A DNA stretch of 64,000 bases, taken from positions 4,528,001-4,592,000 of the forward strand of contig CM075996.1 of the NCBI GenBank assembly GCA_038087875.1, written 5' to 3'. Source of the DNA: Malacoraja senta. Lineage: Eukaryota. The translations under genes were made by a program, and so were the position numbers. This document shows positions 39,301 to 51,300 of this stretch, piece after piece. Below the pieces are notes generated by a model that saw only the letters and a program-made list of their open reading frames with translations, searched no databases and was not told the DNA's origin. How positions within the stretch are numbered: position 1 is the first letter of the stretch; each line of letters begins with the position of its first letter.

Positions 39301-42300
39301 AATGACGTGCAGCAAAATTATAAGACAGTATCTCAACTCTTTTTACACATTGCAATGAATGCAATTTCTATTAGTTCTTTCCACTTCCAAACAAAAATGT
39401 GGTTGGATTATTCAGCGTATGATCAACCTGTGTCAATAAATCCTGGACCATGGTAACATATATGCGTACATATAGTTATGAATGTTGCTCATTAAATAAC
39501 TACAGTACTGATACTCCATATTAAGAACATTGATTTGCCGTTTAAAATGAATTCTGTAATAACGTGTCAACGGCAGCAGTGACAATCGAACACTGCGGTT
39601 TTAATGTTTCACGTGTTCACAATTTAATTAATCCATCTTTATGGATTAAAACAAATAATAACATTGGGAATTAAAACACATTTGATTGCATACCGTTATC
39701 AAACATAGTCAGTGTTCTCTCTGAAGGACATTTCCAGCACAATAGGGTCAGGGAGGGGGGTGTGTGTGAATCAGTACGGGGTGGATAGGTGGGGGGAAGG
39801 GGGGTTAGAAGGCAGTCGGTGCAGAAATGGATGGATTGAGGCAGGTGAATTAGTACGTGTTGGTTGGAGTAGGTAAAATTGTGAGGGGAGAGCACCGGGG
39901 ATGTCAGTGGTGTTGAATGGGGGGGTTCAGTACGGGATGGATGGGGGTAGACAAAAGTGCTGGAGAAACTCAGCGGGTGAGGCAGCATCTATGGAGCGAA
40001 GGAAATAGGCAACGTTTCGGGTCGAGACCCTTCTTCAGACTGTTCCCCCCATTCTTCTTGAATGGGAGGATCAGTACAGGATGGATGGGGGGGGGAGATC
40101 AGCGCAGGATGAATGGGGGGGGTCAGAACAGTGTGGATCGGAGGGTCTGTGCAGGATGAATGGGCGATCACTACAGGATGAATGAGGGGAAGGGGGGAAG
40201 GTGCAGGGTAAATGGAGGGTGGGTCAGTACGGGATGAATGCGTGGATTAGTACAGAATGGATGGGGGATCAGTACAGGATGGATGGAGGAGAAGTGCAGG
40301 ATGGATGGGAAAGTGCTAAGTACAGGGTGAATTGGGGAAACCAGTTTAGGATGGATGGATGGGGGGGGGGGGGTGGCAGGAGAATCAATGCGAGGTGGAT
40401 AGGGTGATCAACGCAGGATGAATAGATGGGAGGGGGGGTAGATGGGGAGGGGAGCACAGGGGATGTCAGTGAGGACTGAATAGAGGCGGGAACGGGGATC
40501 AGTGCGGGATGGAGTGGAGGGGTCCCAGGATAAGGGTGGAGGGGCGTACAAGAGAGAGAGGGAGAGGGGGGCGAGGTGGGGAGGAAGGAAGGTCAGCGCT
40601 CCTCGGACAACATCGCCCCGCTGCCTTGACCCTTGGGAACTCCTCGCCACCGCCTCCCTCCTCCTCCAGCCAACAGGTAAGGTGCGGTGCCGAGCGGTGC
40701 AGCTCAAAGATCCTATAGCTATAGGATCTTTGGTGCAGCTGCTTCAGAAGGGTCGGAGCGAATGACGGGCCCCGCACAGCGGCTCCATCTCCTCCTCCTC
40801 CCGCCCCCCGCCCGCCCTGATAAGGGCCTCTGCTTGTAAATCCGGTAATGGCACAAAACAAACCCTCCCGCACGCCGAGGCCTCCCCCTCCCTCCCTCCT
40901 CCCGGCCTCGGAGTGCGGGAGGGTTTGTTTTGCGCCATTACCGGATTTACAAAGCAGAGGCCCTTATCAGGGCGGGCGGGGGGCGGGATGAGGAGGAGAT
41001 GGAGCCGCTGTCGTGGCCACTGCTGCCGCTGTGCGGGGCCCATCATTCGCTCCGACCCTTCCTCACCCCGCACCTAGTATCACAGCCGCCGCAGACAAGA
41101 AACGTCGCGTTCCTTTTCTCCAGAGATACTGCCTGACCCGCGGAGTTACTCCAGTTTTTTGTGTCTATCTTCGGTACAAACCAGTATCTGGTTGCCAAGC
41201 CGGGCAAAATGACTCGGTTTAGGTTGCCCGGCGGAGCTTTGAGTGGTCAGTGGCACCCGGGCAACCGCTAATTTCAAGCCCTGTGTTATGAGGAGGAAGA
41301 AAAAAAAAGATTTTTTCCGAAAATATATTTTCTTAACTTTAGATAAATTTCCCGATTTTCAATGATATCCCACTCGATTTAAGCCACAATACTTTGCTTT
41401 GTGTCTATTAACTTGTATTCCAATCATTGTGATTTGTGAATCTGTCTTCCTGGAACAATTTGCTCTTTCCCACTCAGGCTCTTAATTGTGGCCCTTCCCT
41501 GCAATCAAATGAAGTTCCTCATCATCTACCTATTTGTCAAATGTATATATATAGAGTTGTGCATTGGGTGGTGTCTGATTAGAAACATAGAAACATAGAA
41601 AATAGGTGCAGGAGGAGGCCATTCGGCCCTTCGAGCCAGCACCACCATTCAATGTGATCATGGCTGATCGTTCCCTATCAATAACCGGTGCCTGCCTTCT
41701 CCCCATATCCCTTGACTCCACTAGACCCTAGAGCTCTATCTAACTCTCTCTTAAATCCATCCAGTGACTTGGCCTCCACTGCCCTCTGTGGCAGGGAATT
41801 CCATAAATTCACAACTCTGGGTGAAAACGTTTTTTCTCACCTCAGTCTTAAATGACCTCCCCTTTATTCTAAGACTGTGGCCCCTGGTTCTGGACTCGCC
41901 CCACATTGGGAACATTTTTCCTGCATCTAGCTTGTCCAGTCCTTTTATAATTTTATCTGATTTAATTGAAGAATAAGGAATGTTACAATTGTTTCTGTTA
42001 ATAACTTGGTTTTACTTACTTTAATCTTGGATATTTTTATAGTTCTTCAGTCCCAGCTACAGAACCTGGTCACTTCCTCACAGGTGCAGCCAATCACCTT
42101 TCAGCAGCAAGTGCAGGGCCTGTCAACCCACAGGATGCTTACATCAGCCACCACAGGCACCATTCAGACGCTAACCCCTGCCACCACCACCACCACTGTC
42201 CGAACACACGCACCACAGATGCAGCAGGTTCCTGTAAGTATGCTTTTTCCAAAGGTCCAAGTCACCCATTTACTTGTTAGACGACTATTAAGTAGGAATA

Positions 42301-45300
42301 TCCACTCTAAAAGGATGACATTAACTGACTATTAAGCAAAAAACAAAGTGCTGGAGGAACTCAGCTGGTCAGGCATCATCTGTGGAGGGAATGGATAGGT
42401 GACATTTTGGGTCAGAAGTTGAACCCTCCTTCAGACTGATTATAGTAGTGGGGGGGGACGCTAGAAAGGAGGTGAGGGTTGGACAAAGTCTGACAAGTGA
42501 TAGGTGGATATCTCATTTTTTCTTGTAAAAATTACTTCCTGTTAAATATTTTAATTTCCTTTCACTAATGCCAAACGATGCTGGGGGAGTCCAGAACCAG
42601 GGGCCACAGTTTAAGAATAAGGAGTAAGCTATTTAGAACGGAGACGAGTAAACACTTTTTCTCACAGAGAGTGGTGAGTCTGTGGAATTCTCTGCCTCAC
42701 AGGGCGGTGGAGGCAGGTTCTCTCGATGCTTTCAAGAGAGAGCTGGATAGGGCTCTTAAAAATAGCGGAGTCAGGGGATATGGGGAGAGGGCAGGAACGG
42801 GGTACTGATTGGGGATGATCAGCCATGATCACATTGAATGGCGGTGCTGGCTCGAAGGGCCGAATGACCTACTCCTGCACCTATTGTCAAGTCAAGTCAA
42901 GTCAAGTGAGTTTATTGTCATGTGTCCCTGGTAGGACAATGAAATTCTTGCTTTGCTTGAGCACAACAGAACATAGTAGGCATTTACTACAAGGCATTCT
43001 ATAAATATATACACAATGGTCAATATACTGATAACGTGCAAATAACAGTATTGGCTAGTAAAGTTCAGTGTTATGTCCGAGCCAGGTTTAATAGCCTGAT
43101 GGCTGTGGGGAAGTAGCTGTTCCTGAACCTGGTCGTCTATTATTGTCTATCAGCTTCATCAAAAGTAGAAGGACCAAGCTCTTGGCATTTGTCCCCTGTG
43201 AGTTAACAAAGGCAGCTGTTTTGAGGAAGGTTTTCGACTTGAAAAGTTAACTGTTTGTGTTCTCACAGATGCGGCCTGACCTGCTGAGTATTTCCAGCAT
43301 TTTCTATTTTTATTTTATATTTTCAGCATCTTCAGTTTTACTTTTAGATTTTTCAAGGAACTATTTTGGGTTGCTAACCACAAAGATAAATTGTAATATT
43401 AAAAATATGCACTTCAGAAGAATCATAATCTGCACTTGGCACACCAAAGCCAAATGCAATTTTGTAAAATAGAGTGGAAGAGCTGATCACTTTTTAATTA
43501 TTTCTGCTTCTGTTAACATATTTCCATCAACCATTTCCAAGACTGTTAATACTACCAGCTTTTAGCGTTTTGAATTGTATGAGTGCATTTTATTCTATTC
43601 CAGGTTCTAATGCAGCCTCAAATCATAAAGACGGACTCCTTAGTCCTGACGCCTCTGAAAACGGATCGCAGTCCGGTTATTGCAGCTATGCAGAATCCAA
43701 CCATTACCACTCTGACCGCTCCCATGCAGACCACAGCTTTGCAAGTCCCGGTAGGTATTTTTATTGAATGCATGTCATCTTTGACAGATATAGGGCCTGA
43801 AATTAATAATATATGTTGTCCATGGATGCAAATTCTTGGCCAATGATTTTCTTGACACTTGAGCTCAGCAGCAGTTTTAATAGTTTAAAAGGCAGCTCAT
43901 GTCCAATCTGTGGATGTCTTAGGATTCTGTTCCAACTCAGTGAGTTAAATGCTTTCAGCTTGGTTAGCAGTTACAGGAGATTGACAGTACTGGTTGTCAT
44001 TCATCATTTGGAAGCTGGGAATTGTTGGCAAAAGCAACATTTATTCTCTGCCCTTAATAACATTTGATAAACAGTGATGATCCACCTTCTTGAAAGACGA
44101 CAGTCCTGGTAAAAGTACCCGAACAATGCTGATAGTTAAATATATATCATAAAGCACATGCTCTGCTGCCGCAAGAAATGCTCCCAGGCAGTTTCAATGT
44201 GGGCTAGTTGCAGTGGCAAGGTTCTCCATGCTGTCCAGTATTCATTGGATTCATTGATTCCTGGGATGATGATCGATTGAGAAGAATTGTCCAGAGTTCT
44301 GCTTCAATACTTCAGCTAACCTCTGGCCAGTTCTCCTCTGCAAGATGAAACTGTTCAAACCCTTGTCATATCTACTCCAGAATCAAGGTTACTCCAACCT
44401 CAGTCATTTGCTTACAATATGCAGCCGATGCTAGTACATTTGCACACTGGTGACCAAATTCCAAACCATCCTTGATTCCTTCACTGGACAAAATGAAACA
44501 TCTGGAACATAAAGATCCCTCGCCAAGCTGCCCCACTGCACAACATTGTCATTTACCACCACCTCACCCAACCAATTATTGTGATTCATGATGAGCTCAT
44601 AGTTTATGTAGATCTCTTCGTATCTCAGGAGCCATCTCATTGAGGGCAGATATCAATAATGAAATCCTTTCTGCGTTGTGAGCATGACAATCGGCCCATT
44701 AATGATCAAGACCTCAAACCCAGCAACTGTGATGTTTACCAAGCAGCCACGATGCCCTTGGCAAGCTCCATCTACAATCAATACAATCAGTTTTATTCGT
44801 CACTTGTACATAAAGTGCAAGCTCCATCTGCAACCTCTTCCACTACCATCACCTTTTGTCAGATTCTGCAGATCCTGCATTGGATTCAATAACAGCCTCA
44901 AACGCAGAGCACGTTAGTGGAAGTAAGTCATCCTCAACCTCAAAAGTCTGCCTTTCATGTGTAAAGTATTATTTATGTGAGAAAACTAAACTGTTGGTGA
45001 AGGAATTCCTCCACTGTTAATCAGAGAGCGTGAAGATTTGACAACAACTCTGAAGAAGGATCCTGCGTGCCATTGATAGACCTTTGCGAAGATGGTGTTA
45101 AAATATTCCTGTTCCCTTTTCATTTTAGATAATAAGAAATCACGGGTTTGAAAGGTGTTGTTGAAGAAAACATGGTGTGTTGCTCCAGAGTATCTTGACA
45201 TCTTGTAGATGGTGCCCTCTGTCAGTGGTGGAGGAGATGTTATTTTTTAATGAACTCTGTTCCAATTTCTCAATCTATTTGTTACACAGAGCTCACTTTA

Positions 45301-48300
45301 ATCATCAAGTGATTAATTCATCCGAGTGACCTGTTCAGCTCTAAGTTCAATCCTTGTTAGTTGGAATACAATGCATAATGTATGACTACTATTTTTTGAA
45401 AATTTGAATCATTAGATCAAATAATCCTCTTGATTCAGATTTTCCCAAAAGTGTCTTGTTCAACATTCCAACAGCAAAGTTGAGTCAGAGATCATATTTC
45501 CCTCGCTGCTCTTGTATCTTGGAGCAAGTTACTTGGTTTGTCTTAAGGGGACCTCAAGTGGATCCAGAAAGTATGTCAGGGAAGGGTTTATTAGAAGACA
45601 TAAAAGTAAAATACTTATTAACTCTTTGTATTGAGAATTAATGTCATGTTTTTTTAAATCTCAGACATTGGTCAGCAGTAATGGAACTATTTTGACCACC
45701 ATGCCAATGATGGTTGGGGTAGAGAAGGTTCCGATCAAGCATATCACTGGAAATGGAAAACTCTCAATGGAAGGGCCGAAGGAGGGTGAAAAAAGAACAA
45801 CACACAACATAATTGAGAAGCGTTATAGGTCTTCCATCAATGATAAAATTATAGAACTCAAGGATCTTGTGATGGGGACAGAAGCTAAGGTCAGTCAGTT
45901 GCATCACTCATTTTTCTTTATGGGTTATTCCATTTTGATGTGTTAAAAGGCCTGTCCCACGGTACGAGTTCATTCCAAGAGCTCTCCTGAGTTTTAAAAA
46001 AATCAAACTCGTGGTAAGCACGGAGAATGTATGTAGCGGGTACATCGGAGCTCGGGGACATCTCTTAGCGATTCTTAACGCTAACGGCAGGTACTCAGGA
46101 AGACTCGCTAATGGCAGGTAAGCACGGAAAGACTCGTGAAGATTTTTCAACATGTTGAAAAATGTCCACGAGAGCCCCGAGTACCGACGAGTGGCCATTA
46201 CCGTAAATCTCCGAGTTCGAATCAGGGCAAACTCGGGAGAACTCTTGGAATGAACTCGTACCGTGGGACAGGGCTTTTACTTTGCTGATGATATTAACTT
46301 AGAGTTAAATGAGTCATGTGCCAGAGTCTATGCTTGATTCATCGTTCAAACAATCAGATCTATCAATTTATACAGAATTATCAGTTCAGGATACCCTAGG
46401 TTTAATTTCTGACTTTCAGATTATATGCTCGTTTCATCTGGCAGGTTTTTGATTATGTTAACTGATTTGTGCGTGTGTGTGTGTGTATATTCTATAGTTT
46501 TTGAAGCTTGTACACAGACACTTGTATCTCTGAGCTTCAGAAACTATAGAATATATTATATTAGTTATATAGTTGTGTGTGTGTGTATATATACACCAAT
46601 ATATACAAACAACTCTGAGCTTTAACAATTATAGACTGAGGGAGCAAGAGCAACAAAATCAATTCAACATTTAATTGCCCATGGAATCTAGCTTTGGAAA
46701 TTCATTGCTGACAAGACTGTTATTTATTAAACGTTACCAGTTGTGCTTGAGAAGATGGTGGAATGGTCTATTTTGAGAATTTCCACATTGTTATTGGACA
46801 GGAAGCTTGGGAATTTTGATGTACAAATGGAATATTGATCCTGTGCTAAGTTAGACTGGTGCTTGACATTGAGATTTTTATCTTTTTAATTTATCTTTCT
46901 CACTGCATCCTTACTAGTAACGATTAATGAAAAGAAGAGAGAGCGTTACATTTGCATTAGTTTAGCAATAATTGTAAGTAGTTAAGGCATCAAACAAGTT
47001 TGCAGTATGTTTTATGACCTTTTCATTAAACTTTAAAAAAAAATTGAGATGTAACTTATTTCAGCAACAACAGATTGTATTTATGTAATAGCTTTAACAT
47101 AGTTAAAACATCTCAAGTGTTTCACGGAAGCATTACTAGATACAATTTGGCACTATACAACATAATATGTTCAAAGTGAAATAACTGTTCATTTATCTTA
47201 TTTGATCCATGAGAAGAGGCTGTACACAATTTCTTCCAAGACTACAACCTTTTTACCATTTAATTAGGTTGAAAATTGTGTATGATATTATACGTTATGG
47301 TGATGGCACAATTTTTAAAATAAATAACCACTACACTTAAATGCCAAAAGCTAATGTGACATATTTTGCAGATGAACAAATCTGGAGTTCTAAGAAAAGC
47401 CATTGATTACATTAAATACCTGCAACAAACCAACCACAAGCTACGACAGGAGAACATGGTACTAAAAATGGCTAACCAGAAAAATAGTAAGTAGTGCCAG
47501 GTTTATATCAAAGGGGAGGTTCCTCCTTATGCAACTCTTACAATGGCAATTCTAGTCATCTATACTTTAAGTTTAAACACACTTGGATTGCTTTATTATG
47601 CATACTTGTACTGAATGTTAATACTTTAGAGAAATCTGGTTTAGATGAGATGCTTCCAACTGTGTTCACGAGTGAATTATAACTTAATATCTCATTTAAG
47701 TTGTTGTAAATTTACAGCTACATATTTAAATGTATTCCTTTTTCCAATATTGCAGAGGGTCTGAAGGGATCTGAGATTACCAGCCTGTTGGACATTGATA
47801 TGGACCTGAAGACCGATGACTTCAAATCGCATTTATTGATCATGTCACCACCACCTTCAGATTCTGGCTCCGCTGGAACGTTCTCACCTTGCTCCATTGA
47901 TTCTGAACCAGGAAGCCCTCTCCTTGACGAAGCGATGGTAGCAGCCATTTCAATAATATCGTTTGTAAAAATCTGGGAACCCCTAAGGAATATTTTTGTT
48001 TAAACATTTTTTATATCTTGTGTTCCTGCACCTTGCTCTTAGTTTTGAGCAAAACACAATGTGCTCGAGTAACTCAGCAGGTCAGGCGGCATCTGTGGAT
48101 GCAACATTTGCATGCCCTTCTTCAAACTGATGATGGGGTGAGGAGAAAGCTGGAAAAAGGTGGGGGCGAGACGAGGCCTGGCAGTGGATGGGTAGATACA
48201 AGTGAGAGGCGTTAGATTGGCTGATGTTAATGACAAAGGTTGGAGATACAAAGACGACGTAAGGGTGTCAGATAAAAAGAGAAGATAAGTGAATTATATA

Positions 48301-51300
48301 ATGCTCTTAGTTTTGCTGGTCTTCCATTCCTTAATTAAATAACTCAAATATGTCTGAAAATATCTATTGTGTTAATTATTGGCTTAAATATGGAATGTTC
48401 TTCCTCTAAAAGGTTATATATGGTAGATGGTAGGATATCAATATCCTTTTGATAGGAAGAAGCATCAAAGCGTGTGTAGCAAAGGTGGATAGATGGTATA
48501 AGAGTATAACAGGCACAAAGGGCTGAATGACCGACTAGGTAATTACAAAGAAACCTTTCTCTACAGGTAAAGGAAGAGCCATTGTCACCCCCCACCTTCG
48601 GAATGCTGGACAGCTCTCGGATTCTCCTGTGCACCCTCACCTTTCTTTGTCTTTCCTTCAACCCACTTGCTTCACTTTTTCAACGTCGAATGCATTCAAC
48701 AGCACCTGAAGATTCTGGGCACCCTGGTAGAAGTATGCTGGGAATGGAGACTGGTAAGCATTGTTTCATAAATAATCCTGTGGTGAAATACATTTTTTTT
48801 AAATTTGAGATTTTTTACATTTACCTACCAGAATTTCCTTTAGGTGAACATATCATTCTTAATGACTTGTTTCTGCGCTGTTTCTGCATTCCTTCAACTC
48901 TCTATTTCCTTTGTTCATCTTTTATCATCTGTTGAATATCCACCCATCTGCCAATCAACCCCCTCCCCCCACCCCCCCCACCCCCCGCCACCTATATCTA
49001 TCTGTCACTTGTCAGGCTTTGTCGTATTCCACCTCTCTTTTCCAACTTTCTCCCCTCTACTACATCCCACCCCCCTTTTCCAGCTTTCTCCTCCACACCC
49101 CATTTACAATCAATCTGAAAAACATCACCTATCCAGTCCCTCCATCGAAGCTGCTTGACCCGCTGAGTAATCGAGCACTTTGTGCTTTATTTAGAATATT
49201 TAAGTTTAGTCCATTCTCCCATCTCAACAATTTCCATAGGTTTTTGGTCTTCTGAAAAATTCTCCTGCCAATTTTGGCATTTCTCATTTGAGCCCTACAT
49301 CTAAATCGTTGATGAATCCACTGAACAGGTGTGACCTCAAAGTACAGCCATTGTTTGCATCCCACCGTTAAAAATACTCAATACCTTTTTTCCCCACGTA
49401 ACAATTTTCCTCTTGTAGCCAATCTTTCCCCTCCTGCTGACTCTTTTATCTTTAGAGTGCTTTATCTTCTGTAATCTCACCATCAGTGGTAACTTGTCAC
49501 AGACTTAATCACAGCATTTTCACAATGTATTGCAGCTGTTACCTCAGGTAATTCTTGGAAGGGTGTGTGCACAATTTCCTTTGAAATTTTGCTTTCTCTC
49601 GCAGCCACTTAATTTGTGAAAAAAAAATATTTCTTGTATCTTAGTAAAATATTATGTGCCTCTTGATTCATCTTTAAATAGTTCCCCTATAAATGTATCT
49701 TAATCTCTTATTTATTTGCTCGGGTTTTGTTTTTCATTACAGGTACAGGAAAAAAGCAACAATCAGAAGTCTGGTCCCTCTTGCCTGCACTGCCATTCAT
49801 TAAGATCAGAGATGATCTTTTACCACAGCACAACTTTCCTGTCCCATGTTTCTTGAATCCCTTAAAAGATATAAATCCAGCATACACATTTCAACTCTCC
49901 ATATCGCTGAATGGATGCAGATAAAATTATACTTGGCAATGCTAAGGTCAAAAAACAAAACAAGAGTATTCTAGATCTAATCATTTGTTAATATTGATTA
50001 CATTTTGAGTCTTGACTAATGGATGTAACATATGTCCTGAAGCAATTGGGCAGTGTTGGTTTTAGTTTATAACATATATATATTTTTATATTTTAGAAGG
50101 CTCCAAAGGCTGGTTTGATTGGATGCTACCTACCCTAATCCTCTGGCTGGTGAACGGTATCATTGTGCTGAGTGTATTTATTAAGCTATTCATTTACGGT
50201 GAACCCATCACCCGTCTGCATTCTCAGTCCTCTGTTACATTCTGGAGATATCGCAAGCAAGCAGACCTGGATCTGGCCAGGGTAAGAATTACATTTGGAA
50301 AAGTGAGTTGGTGGGGGGGGGCGGGGGGGGATGCTGGAAATCTGAAATAAAATCTGTTGGAAGATTAGGTTGGGAAGTTGAAATACTCTGCGACTACAAA
50401 CCTATTAGTCTTGTTATAAGTAGCAAGCAAGCAACCTGCTTCTTGACCTATGAAGTTTGAGTTGCACTGATCACGTGCAATGTGGCCACATAGTATTTAA
50501 CAGACTTGTATGTTCTGCTCTTGACACTTTGCAGTGTAGGTTTCAAATCCTGTAAGAACTGATCAAGATTATAATCTTGTGGTTGTGAATCTAACGTGGA
50601 ATGATTTTTGAGATTCTTAACTCTGTTCCTAGTCAGCATTGACAGCTTGACATTGGCCCCTGTATGGAAATTTCACGCAAAGTTCATTGGAAGGCAGGCG
50701 TTAGAAATGAAGGAAAAAAACCCTCTGGTTTTGGTCCAAAAGTAGTGTTTTACAGATGGGGGATGTGTTTGGCTAGATGGCTGGAACTTTAATCTGCTGT
50801 TCTCTGTATTAAATTGATTTGAGATCTTGTTTATGGAATTTTTGGCACCAGACTATTGTACACTAAAGGAATCTGTAGCTCAGATGGACCCATGATAAAG
50901 ATCTTTATAATATTTATAACATCTTTACATTTAGTGCCATGGGACCTGGTATATGAATTTTTTTAATTTGTTGGCAGACAAAAATGCTGGACAAACTCAG
51001 CGGCTGAGGCAGCATCTATGGAGCAAAGGAAATAGGCAACGTTTCGGGTCGAAACCCTTCTTCAGACGCTTCTTAAAATTTGTTGTAAGGATATTAATGG
51101 ATACAACAAAATAATAAATGTCCCTTGAGATCAGGAATATTCTGCTGATGATCCTATGCATATTATGTAGACACAGATGCTGGAATCATGAGCAAAGTGC
51201 TGGAGGAACTCGGCGAGGGGGGAATGGACAGACGATTTGTCAGATCGCAGACTTTCTTCATACTCAAGAAGGGTCCTGACCCAAAACTATGTACATATAA

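Larger units (their letters stand above)
39055..41283. mobile_element. Non-autonomous hAT-like DNA transposon with CAGGGCT termini and 5-bp TSD
   Basis: Left CAGGGCTCTAGCTTAAC, right reverse complement CAGGGCTTGAAATTAGC; TGTTA at 39050-54 and 41284-88; subterminal GGTTGCC/CCGGGCAA repeats at both ends. Confidence 0.7.

Noticed and set aside
40408..41222. ORFs over the GC-rich hairpin region
   Set aside because: Explained by the inverted repeat and base composition.
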